Positions 9,834 through 19,590 of a stretch of DNA of 40,605 nt are shown here, piece by piece. The position numbers and the translations under genes are program-made. Position 1 is the first letter of the stretch, and every line of letters starts with the position of its first letter. The notes under the pieces are model-generated. The model saw only the letters and a list, made by a program, of their open reading frames with translations. It was not told where the DNA came from and did not search any database. Origin of the DNA: Oscillospiraceae bacterium (lineage in GTDB: Bacteria; Bacillota_I; Bacilli_A; RFN20; CAG-826). The stretch covers positions 1-40,605 of the forward strand of contig CAVIYC010000002.1 of NCBI GenBank assembly GCA_963647095.1, written 5' to 3'.

Positions 9834-10145
9834 TTATTTCGCTTCGAGGCTCTCACCGGAGCTTCCGACGCGGATTTTCTTGCCATCGACGACCTTTTTG
9901 TGGACTCTGGTGGCCTTTTTGGTTTTCGGGTCGATCAACGCGACTTTGGAAGCATCGATTGGCACATAGATGTCAAGGACGCTGCCTTCTTGGGTCTGCT
10001 GATTCGGCTTGTTGTGCTTTTTGTGGACGTTCACGCCCTCAACGACGACCCTGTTGAGTTCAGGGTAGACCTTTTGGACGATGCCGGTCTTGCCTTTGTC
10101 GTCTCCGGAGAGAACGATTACTTTATCGCCTTTTTTGATGTTCAT
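9834..10145 (-). CDS. rplX: 50S ribosomal protein uL24
   Basis: 103 aa. MNIKKGDKVIVLSGDDKGKTGIV (KOW motif). Confidence 0.95.
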   Translation of the reverse strand: MNIKKGDKVIVLSGDDKGKTGIVQKVYPELNRVVVEGVNVHKKHNKPNQQTQEGSVLDIYVPIDASKVALIDPKTKKATRVHKKVVDGKKIRVGSSGESLEAK

Positions 10146-10157
10146 AATCTTTCCTCC

Positions 10158-10526
10158 TTATAAGACTTCGATGGCGAGGGAGATGATTTTCATATATCCC
10201 TTGTCACGGAGCTCACGGGCGACCGGTCCGAAGACGCGGGTGCCGACTGGGTTGCCGTCGTTATCGATGATGACGAGAGCGTTGTCATCGAAGGCGATGG
10301 TCGAGCCATCCTTTCTCTGGACTGGCTTTTTGGTGCGGACGATGACGCCCTTGACGACTTGGCCTTTTTTGACCTTGCCGGAAGGGGAAGCGTCTTTGAC
10401 GGCGCACATGACGACGTCTCCAAGGCTGGAGAATTTGACGCGGTTGCCGGCGAATTGGCGGAATACGCGAACGCTGCGGGCGCCGGAGTTGTCGGCGACT
10501 ACGAGATTGGTCTCATTCTGTACCAT
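10158..10526 (-). CDS. rplN: 50S ribosomal protein uL14
   Basis: 122 aa. [17 protein letters not shown]... and [22 protein letters not shown]. Confidence 0.97.
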   Translation of the reverse strand: MVQNETNLVVADNSGARSVRVFRQFAGNRVKFSSLGDVVMCAVKDASPSGKVKKGQVVKGVIVRTKKPVQRKDGSTIAFDDNALVIIDNDGNPVGTRVFGPVARELRDKGYMKIISLAIEVL

Positions 10527-10528
10527 GC

Positions 10529-10825
10529 TTATTCGGCCTCCTTAATTTCTTCTTCGACGGCTTCCTCGGCGGAAACGAACTTCTTGTCGATGCTCACCAA
10601 GCGGAATCTCTTCGTTTTGGAGATGGGGCGGCAAGCCATGATGGTGACGGTGTCGCCAACGCGGCATTCGTTGTTTTCGTCGTGGGCATAGAATTTCTTG
10701 GCATAGCCGACGCGCTTCGCATAGATCGGGTCGTTACGCTTGGTGGAAACGGTGACGGTGATGGTCTTGTCGTTTTTGATGGCAGTGACCACGCCGGTGA
10801 AGGATGTTCTGTTGTTTCTTTCCAT
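10529..10825 (-). CDS. rpsQ: 30S ribosomal protein uS17
   Basis: 98 aa. [18 protein letters not shown]... and [29 protein letters not shown]. Acidic C-terminal tail. Confidence 0.95.
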   Translation of the reverse strand: MERNNRTSFTGVVTAIKNDKTITVTVSTKRNDPIYAKRVGYAKKFYAHDENNECRVGDTVTIMACRPISKTKRFRLVSIDKKFVSAEEAVEEEIKEAE

Positions 10826-10840
10826 TTTCTAACTCCTTTC

Positions 10841-11041
10841 TTAGCGGGCGATCTGGAGGGTATGTTCCCTCTTGACGGTCTCGGCTTTGGCGATTTCCTT
10901 GCGGACGGATTTGATTTCTTCAGGGTGCTCCAACTGGCCGACCGCTTGTTTGCGGCGGAGTTCGAAGAGCTGCTGACGGAGAGAGGCGAGTTTGATATCG
11001 AGCTCTTCGACGCTTAATTCTCTAAGTTCTTTGACAGACAT
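10841..11041 (-). CDS. rpmC: 50S ribosomal protein uL29
   Basis: 66 aa. ELRELSVEELDIKLASLRQQLFELRRKQAVGQLE. Confidence 0.94.
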   Translation of the reverse strand: MSVKELRELSVEELDIKLASLRQQLFELRRKQAVGQLEHPEEIKSVRKEIAKAETVKREHTLQIAR

Positions 11042-11044
11042 CGC

Positions 11045-11464
11045 TTATTCTCCTTTCTCGCCTTTGACGACGATTTTGGTTTTGATTGGCAACTTGTAGC
11101 TGGCCATCTTCAAGGCTTCTTTGGCGATCTTAAGATCGATTCCGCCGATCTCGAACATGACGACGCCCTCTTTGACGACGGCGACCCAACCTTCTGGGGA
11201 ACCTTTGCCGGAACCCATACGAACTTCGGCCGGCTTCTTGGTTTTGGCAAGATGCGGGAAGATGCGGATCCAGATTTGTCCGGCACGGTTGGTGTAACGG
11301 CTTAAGACGATACGGGCCGATTCGATTTGGCGATCGGTGAGGTAGCATCCTTCCAAGGCGACGAGTCCAATGTCGCCGAAGTCGATGTTGGTGCCGCCCT
11401 TGGCGTGTCCCTCATAAGAGAGGCCGTGGGGGCGACGATACTTAACGCGCTTTGGCTGCAACAT
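11045..11464 (-). CDS. rplP: 50S ribosomal protein uL16
   Basis: 139 aa. [25 protein letters not shown]... and [18 protein letters not shown]. Confidence 0.97.
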   Translation of the reverse strand: MLQPKRVKYRRPHGLSYEGHAKGGTNIDFGDIGLVALEGCYLTDRQIESARIVLSRYTNRAGQIWIRIFPHLAKTKKPAEVRMGSGKGSPEGWVAVVKEGVVMFEIGGIDLKIAKEALKMASYKLPIKTKIVVKGEKGE

Positions 11465-12137
11465 TGTTCTCTCCTCCTTTTTTCTCGGTTTCGCCGGTCT
11501 TGTTGACGGAACGGCAGCACCAGACTTTCACGCCGATGCGGCCATAGGCGGTATGGGCGGAAATGTGGGCATAATCGATGTCGGCGCGCAAGGTCTCGAG
11601 AGGCACGTTGCCCTCTTTGTAGCCTTCGCGTCTGGCGATTTCAGCGCCTCCCAAACGGCCTTGGCACTGAGTGCGGCATCCGGAAGCACCGGCTTTGCGC
11701 ATTCTTTGGATGGCCTTCTTTTGGGTGGAACGGAAGGATTGGCGGTTTTCCAATTCCGAAGCGATCCATTTGGCGATCAAGGTGGCGTCCAAGTCAGGGT
11801 TGGTGACTTCGACGACATCCAAGGTCATGGTGCCGGATTTGACGATTTTGTTCAAAGCGGCGACCAATTTGGCTTTGTTGGCGCCATCTTGTCCGAGAAC
11901 CACGCCCGGACGAGCGCATTTCACGGTGATGGTGACTTTGTGGCCTTTGTCGGATTTGACGCGGCCGATTTCGATGGACGAGACCATCGCGTTCTTCAAT
12001 TCTTTGTCGAGGTATTCGCGGATGGCGATATCTTCCCAAAGGAGAGGTCCGTAATCTTTTTTGGAGGCAAACCAATTGGATTCCCAACCACGGTTGATTC
12101 CGATGCGGAGGCCGTTGGCATTAACTTTCTGTCCCAT
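11442..12137 (-). CDS. rpsC: 30S ribosomal protein uS3
   Basis: 231 aa. [13 protein letters not shown]..., a KH domain, and [30 protein letters not shown]. The 3' end overlaps the rplP start by 23 nt. Confidence 0.95.
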   Translation of the reverse strand: MGQKVNANGLRIGINRGWESNWFASKKDYGPLLWEDIAIREYLDKELKNAMVSSIEIGRVKSDKGHKVTITVKCARPGVVLGQDGANKAKLVAALNKIVKSGTMTLDVVEVTNPDLDATLIAKWIASELENRQSFRSTQKKAIQRMRKAGASGCRTQCQGRLGGAEIARREGYKEGNVPLETLRADIDYAHISAHTAYGRIGVKVWCCRSVNKTGETEKKGGENNVAAKAR

Positions 12138-12140
12138 TGA

Positions 12141-12617
12141 TTATCTCCTTTCCTTAACGGTGACGCGCAAGAACGCCATTCTCTTTATTAACGGGCTCGC
12201 GGAGCCTTTCGCTCTCGGCAAATAACGTTTCATTCTCTTGCCGTCGCTAGCCTGAATCTCGGAGATGTAGAGAAGGTCTCCATCGAGATTGAAGTTGTTG
12301 GTGGCGTTGGCCGCCGCGGACTTGATGGCTTTGTAGACTGGCATGGCCGCGCTCTTATTAAGATGTTTTAAGAGAGCGAGGGCCTCATTCACGTCCTTGC
12401 CTCTGACATAGTCGGCGACGAGACGGATTTTGCGAGGGGTGACGCGGATGTCGCGCACGACGCAGGTGGCTTCGGTGACCGGAGCCTTGACGGGTTTGAC
12501 TTCAACCTTTTCTTCTTTTTTGGCTGTGTCTTTCTTCACGGTAGCCTTTTTGGCGGCCGGTTTCTTGGCTGTGGCTTTTTTAGGAGCAGCAGCTTTGACT
12601 TTCTTTTCTTCTGCCAT
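12141..12617 (-). CDS. rplV: 50S ribosomal protein uL22 with Lys/Ala-rich N-terminal extension
   Basis: Start placed at the ATG at 12615-12617 (MAEEKKVKAAAPKK...), preceded by AAGGAG. The uL22 core is VRDIRVTPRKIRLVADYVRGKDVNEALALL...YLPRAKGSASPLIKRMAFLRVTV. The upstream part of ORF 12141..12821 is an out-of-frame overlap with rpsS. Confidence 0.93.
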   Translation of the reverse strand: MAEEKKVKAAAPKKATAKKPAAKKATVKKDTAKKEEKVEVKPVKAPVTEATCVVRDIRVTPRKIRLVADYVRGKDVNEALALLKHLNKSAAMPVYKAIKSAAANATNNFNLDGDLLYISEIQASDGKRMKRYLPRAKGSASPLIKRMAFLRVTVKERR

Positions 12618-12628
12618 GATGCTTCTCC

Positions 12629-12919
12629 TTATTTCTTGGCCGCAGCTTTGTCTTCGGCGTTGTTGCCATGGTGACCAGAGAAGTTGCGGGTCGGGGCGAA
12701 TTCGCCCAATTTGTGTCCGACCATGTCTTCGGTGACATAGACGGTGATGTGTTCTTTGCCATTGTAAACGGCGAAGGTGTGCTCGACGAAGGCTGGATAA
12801 ATCGTCGAACGGCGAGACCAAGTCTTGATGATCTCTTTCTTGCCGGACTTTTGGAGGTCTTCAACCTTCTTGAGAAGGTATTCGTCCACGAAAGGTCCTT
12901 TTTTGCTGGAACGTGCCAT
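12629..12919 (-). CDS. rpsS: 30S ribosomal protein uS19
   Basis: 96 aa. [19 protein letters not shown]... and [34 protein letters not shown]. Confidence 0.97.
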   Translation of the reverse strand: MARSSKKGPFVDEYLLKKVEDLQKSGKKEIIKTWSRRSTIYPAFVEHTFAVYNGKEHITVYVTEDMVGHKLGEFAPTRNFSGHHGNNAEDKAAAKK

Positions 12920-12936
12920 TTTAGATTCTCCTTTCC

Positions 12937-13773
12937 TTATTTGCCGTCATTGCGTCTTCTGACGATCAAGCGGCTTGAGCTCTTCTTCACGCGGCGGGTC
13001 TTGACGCCCTGGCTCTTCTTGCCCCAAGGGGTGCGAGGCGCATCGCGGCCGACAGGGCACTTGCCTTCACCACCGCCATGAGGGTGATCGCAAGGGTTCA
13101 TCGCGCTGCCACGGACGGTTGGCCTCCAACCTTTGTGGCGGGTGATGCCGGCTTTTCCGACGTTCACCAAGTTGTGGTCTTCGTTTCCGACGACGCCGAT
13201 GGTGGCGCGGCAGACGGCCAAGACCTTGCGGACTTCGCCGGAAGCCAAACGGAGGGTGACGTATTTCCCGTCAGCGCCCAACTTCTGGGCGGAGGCACCG
13301 GCGGAACGGCACATTTGGCCGCCGCGTCCAGGCATCAATTCGATGTTGTGGACAAGGGTACCGTCAGGGATGTTTCCGAGCTCGCAGCAGTTGCCGACTT
13401 TGATGTCGGTGGCGGTGCCGGAGACGATGACGTCGCCGACTTTGACGCCGCTGGGGGCGAGGATGTATCTCTTTTCGCCGTCGGCATAAGCGACCAAGGC
13501 GATGAAGGATGTTCTGTTAGGGTCGTATTCGATCGATTTGACGGTCGCGGGGATGTTGTCCTTGTTGCGACGGAAATCGATTACGCGATAGTGATTTTTG
13601 TTTCCACCGCCGTGGTGACGGCAGGTGATGACTCCCTGGTTATTGCGTCCGCCGGAATGCTTGAGCGGGCGGAGCAACGATTTTTCAGGAGTGGCTTTGG
13701 TGATTTCCTCATAGCTCAGAGTCGTCATCGCGCGGCGGCTCGGAGTGTATGGGCGATATGATTTGATTGCCAT
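12937..13773 (-). CDS. rplB: 50S ribosomal protein uL2
   Basis: 278 aa. [27 protein letters not shown] and [16 protein letters not shown]. Confidence 0.98.
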   Translation of the reverse strand: MAIKSYRPYTPSRRAMTTLSYEEITKATPEKSLLRPLKHSGGRNNQGVITCRHHGGGNKNHYRVIDFRRNKDNIPATVKSIEYDPNRTSFIALVAYADGEKRYILAPSGVKVGDVIVSGTATDIKVGNCCELGNIPDGTLVHNIELMPGRGGQMCRSAGASAQKLGADGKYVTLRLASGEVRKVLAVCRATIGVVGNEDHNLVNVGKAGITRHKGWRPTVRGSAMNPCDHPHGGGEGKCPVGRDAPRTPWGKKSQGVKTRRVKKSSSRLIVRRRNDGK

Positions 13774-13821
13774 TTTCTTTCTCCTATAGTGGATTCTTTA
13801 CGGATGTTCCGTGGGTGTGCC

Positions 13822-14163
13822 TTACTCCTTGAAGAGATCGATAGCCGATCCTTCGGCGATCGTGATGACCGCTTTCTTGAATCCGCCGACGAAGCCGGTG
13901 TAGCGGCTGCCGCGGGATTTTTCCTTGGCCTTGTGGTTGACGATCTTGACGTCGACGACCTTGACTTGGTAAAGGCGTTGGAAGGATTCTTTGATCTCGA
14001 TTTTGTTCGCGAAGTCACCGACTTTGACGGTCACTTTGTTGGCGTCCTGCAAGAGGGCCATGGACTTTTCGGTGATGACTGGCGTGAGGATGACGTCATA
14101 GTCATGTTGGACGGGGCTAGCGAAGTTTTTGGTTTCTTCTGCCGCGACTTTCTTCTTGGCCAT
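13822..14163 (-). CDS. rplW: 50S ribosomal protein uL23
   Basis: 113 aa. DVILTPVITEKSMALLQDANKVTVKV... Between rplD and rplB. Confidence 0.94.
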   Translation of the reverse strand: MAKKKVAAEETKNFASPVQHDYDVILTPVITEKSMALLQDANKVTVKVGDFANKIEIKESFQRLYQVKVVDVKIVNHKAKEKSRGSRYTGFVGGFKKAVITIAEGSAIDLFKE

Positions 14164-14807
14164 TATTTCAATCCTCCTTCGATCGCTTTGATGCCGTCTT
14201 TGCTGACGACGACGTTCTTGGCGTTCAATAAGTCGTAAACGGAGACGTTATTGAGGGCGCGAACGGTGACGGTCTCGATGTTGCGGGCGGACAAGACAAG
14301 GTTGTCGTTTTCGCCATCGACGACCAACAAGGTTTTCCCATCGGCTTTGATGGCGGCGAGATTGGCGACGAATCCTTTGGTGGAAACTTCTTTGATCTCG
14401 AGGCTGTCGACGACGATGATTCCCTTTTCGCTGACTTTTTGGCTCAACACGGTCTTGAACGCGAGCGCGTGCGCTTTCTTATTTTGACCGAGTTTGTAAT
14501 TCTGGTTGCCGTCCGGTCCGAAGACTTTGCCGCCGCCGACCCAGATAGGGGAGCGGGAGGAGCCAGCGCGGGCACGTCCGGTGCCTTTCTGTCTCCAAGG
14601 CTTCTTTCCGCCACCGCTAACTTCGTGGCGTTTCTTGGTTTTGGCGGTAGCCTGGCGAGCGTTGGCTTGCTGGGTGACTACTGCGTCATGGACGACTTGT
14701 TCGTTGGCGTCTTTGATGCCGAAGACGGCGGCGCTCAACGTTACGCTTCCGGTTTCCTCGCCGGCGAGATTAACGACTGGAAGCTTGATGGTTTTTGCTG
14801 CTGGCAT
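14163..14807 (-). CDS. rplD: 50S ribosomal protein uL4
   Basis: 214 aa. VSGGGKKPWRQKGTGRARAGSSRSPIWVGGGKVFGP. Confidence 0.97.
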   Translation of the reverse strand: MPAAKTIKLPVVNLAGEETGSVTLSAAVFGIKDANEQVVHDAVVTQQANARQATAKTKKRHEVSGGGKKPWRQKGTGRARAGSSRSPIWVGGGKVFGPDGNQNYKLGQNKKAHALAFKTVLSQKVSEKGIIVVDSLEIKEVSTKGFVANLAAIKADGKTLLVVDGENDNLVLSARNIETVTVRALNNVSVYDLLNAKNVVVSKDGIKAIEGGLK

Positions 14808-14812
14808 GATCG

Positions 14813-15496
14813 TTATTCTCCTTTCTTGGTCTGGTCAACCAATTCCTTGACCTTCTTCTCAGAGAACTGAGTGAGGACGTGGGAACGGACGCAGACGATG
14901 GATTTCTTAGGTCCTGGGATGGCGCCTTTGATTAAGAGGTAGCCTTTTTCGGCGTTGGATTCGACAACTTGGAGGTTGAGGATCGTGCACTGTTCCGGGC
15001 CCCAGTGTCCGGACATTTTCTTGCCAGGGATGACGCGGTTGTTGTCACGGCCGTTGTTGGCCAAGGAACCGATTTGTCTGTGATAGCCGGATCCGTGTCC
15101 GCGAGGGCCGACGTGCTTGCCGTATTTCTTGATGACGCCGCTGTAGCCGTGACCTTTGGTCATGCCGGTTACGTCGACGATGTCTCCGTTGGCGAAGATG
15201 TCGCAGGTGATGGTCTCTCCGACGTTCTTGGAGTAGATTTCATCGCCTTTCAATTCGTAGAGGCCTTGTTTCGGGGCGACGCCGGCTTTCTTGAAGATTC
15301 CGGCTTCGGGCTTGGTGACGCTCTTTTCTTTGGCGTCTTCATAGCCGACCTGCAAGGCTTCGTAGCCATCTTTCTCGATGGTTTTCTTTTGGGTGACGAC
15401 GTTAGGTAAGACTTCGACGACGGTGACCGGATACATGGTTCCGTCGGCGGCGAAGACCTGAGTCATGCCCATTTTTCTTCCGATGATGGATTTCAT
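14813..15496 (-). CDS. rplC: 50S ribosomal protein uL3
   Basis: 227 aa. MKSIIGRKMGMTQVF... and TKGHGYSGVIKKYGKHVGPRGHGSGYHRQIGSLAN. Confidence 0.97.
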   Translation of the reverse strand: MKSIIGRKMGMTQVFAADGTMYPVTVVEVLPNVVTQKKTIEKDGYEALQVGYEDAKEKSVTKPEAGIFKKAGVAPKQGLYELKGDEIYSKNVGETITCDIFANGDIVDVTGMTKGHGYSGVIKKYGKHVGPRGHGSGYHRQIGSLANNGRDNNRVIPGKKMSGHWGPEQCTILNLQVVESNAEKGYLLIKGAIPGPKKSIVCVRSHVLTQFSEKKVKELVDQTKKGE

Positions 15497-15510
15497 GATC
15501 GTTGGCCTCC

Positions 15511-15819
15511 TTATAACTTGATATCGATGTCAACGCCATTGGGAAGGTCGAGCTTTCTCAATTGTTCGACGGTTTCTTTCTGCGGGTTGACGATATCGAT
15601 CAATCTCTTGTGGGTGCGGATTTCGAATTGCTCGCGGCTGTCCTTGTATTTGAAGGTAGCGCGGAGAATCGTGTACACCTGTTTCTCGGTGGGAAGAGGG
15701 ATTGGGCCCTTCACACTGGCACCGGTCTTTTTCGCGACTTCGATGATCTTCTCGGCGCTCTGGTCGAGAATGGCATGATCGTAAGCCTGCAAACGGACGC
15801 GGATGACTTTGTTCGCCAT
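15511..15819 (-). CDS. rpsJ: 30S ribosomal protein uS10
   Basis: 102 aa. [39 protein letters not shown]. First gene of the S10 operon. AAGGAGG SD. Confidence 0.97.
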   Translation of the reverse strand: MANKVIRVRLQAYDHAILDQSAEKIIEVAKKTGASVKGPIPLPTEKQVYTILRATFKYKDSREQFEIRTHKRLIDIVNPQKETVEQLRKLDLPNGVDIDIKL

Positions 15820-16107
15820 GAATTTTCCTCCTTAGTTTCTTCTGACTTCTGACGCTTTGCTCATTGGGAGTTTCCTGAGATCCCCCATTGCTTGACAACG
15901 CTTATGGGTGTGTCAGCAACATCCCACTTCAACGCACGCATCAGCGACGAAAAATATACGTCTACGCGTGAAGATGCGCAAGCGAAAAAGCAAAAAATTC
16001 AGCAATTTATATAATAACTATCGAAGAAATCGCCTTGATTAAGCCAAAAAAGCAAGAAAACATCGGTTTTTGTCAATTTCTTGTGCACGGTGCACAAAGT
16101 TGCTTAT
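15820..16107 (-). promoter_or_regulatory. Promoter/5' leader region of the S10-spc-alpha superoperon (promoter not pinned down)
   Basis: 288-nt non-coding gap between the queH stop and the rpsJ ATG. It contains several imperfect hairpins on the minus strand, e.g. TTGCTGACA...TGTCAAGCAA. No convincing -35/-10 pair was identified. Confidence 0.4.
16081..16097. repeat. Perfect 17-bp palindrome TTGTGCAC-G-GTGCACAA (candidate operator)
   Basis: Read directly: 8-bp arms with a 1-nt centre. Begins 11 nt past the queH stop codon and lies 4 nt from a TTGACA hexamer (16071-16076, minus strand). A 1-nt loop makes a full RNA hairpin or terminator unlikely. Confidence 0.6.
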
Positions 16108-16779
16108 CTAAAACTGCTTTTTTGCGTCTTCTAACGTCAGCCCGCGGTTAAAGAGGGAATATTCGCAGCCGCAATATATCTGGTTGTAGAGCTCGTATTT
16201 CTCCCTGATGGCCTTTCCTTTGATGGAGCCGTCGTCTTTTTTGAAATCCGAATAGAAATATTTGGTCTTTTGGTGCTTCTTTTCCAACTCCCGGCCGATG
16301 AGATTCATTATTTGGGAATTCTTTTGCCTCGAAATGGTCATCACGGTCGTGAAATAGTCAAAGCCTTCTTTTTCGGCGTAGTCGTAGGCTTCTTCCATTC
16401 GCTTTCTGTAACATATCTGGCAACGGTTAAATCCTTCGGGCTCGGAAGAATATGGCTTCAAATCCTCGATGTAATGCGAATAATCGTATGGCCTTACGAC
16501 CAATTTGACGTCATATCCGTAATCCCGCTTGATGAAGGAAAGAAGCTTCTTTAGCTCATTGAGGCGTTTTTCGAATTCTTCCTCGGGATATATGTTGGAA
16601 TTGTTGAAATACAAAGTGAGGTCGAAATGCGGGCAAAGGAAAAGAAGGGGCCAACAAGAGCAAGGCCCGCAGCAAACGTGCATGCACAAAGTTTTTCTTT
16701 CCTTTGAAGCGTCGATTTTCTCAAGTTCGCCCAAAGATTCGAGATAATAATTTATTTTTTGTTTCGGAGGATTAATCAT
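16108..16779 (-). CDS. queH: Epoxyqueuosine reductase QueH (DUF208 family)
   Basis: 223 aa. Cys motifs HVCCGPCS, CQICY and YCGCEYS typical of QueH. Overlaps the queA stop by 8 nt. Confidence 0.88.
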   Translation of the reverse strand: MINPPKQKINYYLESLGELEKIDASKERKTLCMHVCCGPCSCWPLLFLCPHFDLTLYFNNSNIYPEEEFEKRLNELKKLLSFIKRDYGYDVKLVVRPYDYSHYIEDLKPYSSEPEGFNRCQICYRKRMEEAYDYAEKEGFDYFTTVMTISRQKNSQIMNLIGRELEKKHQKTKYFYSDFKKDDGSIKGKAIREKYELYNQIYCGCEYSLFNRGLTLEDAKKQF

Positions 16780-17827
16780 CGATGTCCCTTATGTTTTGTT
16801 TGCCATAAATGAACATGGCGTCCCCAAAAGAGAAGAACCTATATTTTTCATCGATGGCGGCTTGATAACATTCCAATGTCCATTTGCGGCCCATAAAGGC
16901 TGAAACCAACATCACCAAAGTGGATTTCGGCAAATGGAAATTAGTGATTAAACAATCTATGGCTTTCCATTTATAACCCGGCGAAATGAAGATATTGGTC
17001 GCGTCGTTGTCGGCTCTGAATTCGCCGTATTTTTGATATATGGATTCCAACGTTCTAACGGATGTGGTTCCGATGGCTATTATCCTTCTGCCTTCTTTTT
17101 TGGCTTTGTTTAGGGTGTCGGCGGCCTCTTGATCCATCTCATAGGTCTCCGAATGCATTATGTGGTCTTTGGTGTCTTGGACTTTGACCGGGCGGAAAGT
17201 CCCCAAGCCGATATTCAAAGTGACATCCACCACTTCGACGCCTTTGGCCTTGAGCTTGTCGAAAAGCTCTTCGGTGAAATGGAAACCGGCCGTTGGGGCG
17301 GCGGCGCTCCCTGGAACCTTGGCGTAAACCGTTTGGTAATCGTCCTTGTTTTCGCATTGCTTCCTTATATATGGCGGCAAAGGCATCAATCCAAGCTGGT
17401 CCAAAACCTCAAGGAAGATGCCTTCGTAATAAAATTTCATGTAACGGACGCCTTCGTCGAAGACTTCGACGCATTCGGCCCTTAATTTCCCTTCGCCGAA
17501 AGAGCAATGGGATCCGACTTTGACGCTTTTGGCGTTGCCGACCAAGCATTTCCAAGTGTCTTTTTCCACTTCTTCTAGCAAAAGGAGTTCGACTTTGCCT
17601 TTGGTTTCTTCTTTTACGCCAATAAGCCTGGCTGGAATGACTTTGGTGTTGTTCCTCACCAACACATCCCCGGCGTGAAGATAATCGATGATGTCGAAAA
17701 AACGCTTATGTTCGTAAGTGTGGTTTTCCCTATCTATCGCCAAAAGGCGGCAATCGTCTCTCTGCTTCAAAGGCGATTGGGCTATCAGCTCCTCTGGCAA
17801 ATCGAAATCAAACAAATCGATGTTCAT
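16772..17827 (-). CDS. queA: S-adenosylmethionine:tRNA ribosyltransferase-isomerase
   Basis: 351 aa. FDFDLPEELIAQSPL..., GSAAAPTAGFHFT and IAIGTTSVRTLES. Confidence 0.96.
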   Translation of the reverse strand: MNIDLFDFDLPEELIAQSPLKQRDDCRLLAIDRENHTYEHKRFFDIIDYLHAGDVLVRNNTKVIPARLIGVKEETKGKVELLLLEEVEKDTWKCLVGNAKSVKVGSHCSFGEGKLRAECVEVFDEGVRYMKFYYEGIFLEVLDQLGLMPLPPYIRKQCENKDDYQTVYAKVPGSAAAPTAGFHFTEELFDKLKAKGVEVVDVTLNIGLGTFRPVKVQDTKDHIMHSETYEMDQEAADTLNKAKKEGRRIIAIGTTSVRTLESIYQKYGEFRADNDATNIFISPGYKWKAIDCLITNFHLPKSTLVMLVSAFMGRKWTLECYQAAIDEKYRFFSFGDAMFIYGKQNIRDIDD

Positions 17828-17828
17828 A

Positions 17829-18962
<1,134 letters not shown>

Positions 18963-18991
18963 TTAGTTGCTTCCTATCTCCCAAAGCAAGC

Positions 18992-19501
18992 CTACCAGCT
19001 TGGGTTGGCCTTTCTTTGGGGACGGATGACGTTCTGCATGAAATATTTGTTTCTCCATAATAGCATCCAGATTATGTAAGAGCCCATGATCACGGTCGCT
19101 TCGCCGATGGCGACCCAAGCGACGTTGATCCAATAAGGCAAATCGAGCAATATCTTCAATTCGGCGGCCACTCCGAAAGCGTTGAAAGCTATCGGCCAAA
19201 TGCAGGCGACCAACATCTTCGGAGAGAAGGCCACCACCAAGCAAGAGAGCAAGGTTAGCAAGGTGCCAAAAAGCATATCCCAAGGCCCCAAAGTTGATAG
19301 GATATTGGCTAAAAAGCATCCCAAGGTCACTCCGACGATGAAATCTCTTCTCCAAAAACAGAGCAAAACGAAAATCTCCGCGACGCGGAATTGGATAGCT
19401 TCATAAGCCAAGCTTCCGGAAACTAGGCAAAGAACAAAATAGATCGCCGCGATAACTGCGTTCTCGGCGATCATTCTAATGCTGAATTTTTTCTGTCCCA
19501 T
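18992..19501 (-). CDS. queT: Queuosine-precursor transporter QueT (ECF-type S component)
   Basis: 169-aa, roughly 5-6 TM protein. IAENAVIAAIYFVL...FRVAEIFVLL pattern of the QueT family. Immediately downstream of a preQ1-I aptamer. Confidence 0.85.
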   Translation of the reverse strand: MGQKKFSIRMIAENAVIAAIYFVLCLVSGSLAYEAIQFRVAEIFVLLCFWRRDFIVGVTLGCFLANILSTLGPWDMLFGTLLTLLSCLVVAFSPKMLVACIWPIAFNAFGVAAELKILLDLPYWINVAWVAIGEATVIMGSYIIWMLLWRNKYFMQNVIRPQRKANPSW

Positions 19502-19507
19502 GAAAGG

Positions 19508-19549
19508 ACCTCCTTGTTTTTTATACGTGGTTCAGAGGATAGAACACGT
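19508..19549 (-). promoter_or_regulatory. preQ1-I riboswitch (translational, SD-sequestering)
   Basis: Minus-strand RNA is ACGUG-UUCUAUCCUCUGAAC-CACGU-AUAAAAAACAAGGAGG. It has a 5-bp P1, a loop starting UUCUA, and the A-rich tail AUAAAAAAC.AAGG of the class I consensus (compare B. subtilis queC AGAGGUUCUAGCUACACCCUCUAUAAAAAACUAAGG). Loop CCUC can pair with the GAGG of the queT SD, which lies 7 nt from the AUG. Confidence 0.8.
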
Positions 19550-19561
19550 TAGACTTGATGG

Positions 19562-19590
19562 ATATTAGGCTCGTTCGCTTATTTAATCAA
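19562..19590 (-). promoter_or_regulatory. Sigma-70-type promoter of the queT operon
   Basis: Minus strand: TTGATT (19585-19590), 17-nt spacer, TAATAT (19562-19567). The predicted transcription start site (TSS) lies a few nt before the riboswitch P1. The -35 overlaps the prs stop codon. Confidence 0.6.

Noticed and set aside
12618-12821. N-terminal 68 codons of the 226-aa ORF containing rplV
   Set aside because: It overlaps rpsS out of frame. A strong AAGGAG plus ATG at 12617 starts the real uL22.
15904-16014. 36-codon + strand ORF (MGVSATSHFNARISDEKYTSTREDAQAKKQKIQQFI) in the S10 leader region
   Set aside because: It has no SD, lies antisense to the leader, and has no recognisable features. 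Likely chance.
16071-16076. TTGACA as the -35 of the S10 operon promoter
   Set aside because: The hexamer 16-18 nt downstream reads GCTTTT-like, so there is no acceptable -10. Left as unresolved.
16081-16097. Palindrome as a Rex or CRP/FNR-type box, or as the queH terminator
   Set aside because: The TTGTG-N7-CACAA spacing is 1 bp shorter than the Rex and CRP consensus (N8). As RNA it would need a 1-nt loop, and it lacks a U-tract, so it is not a standard terminator.
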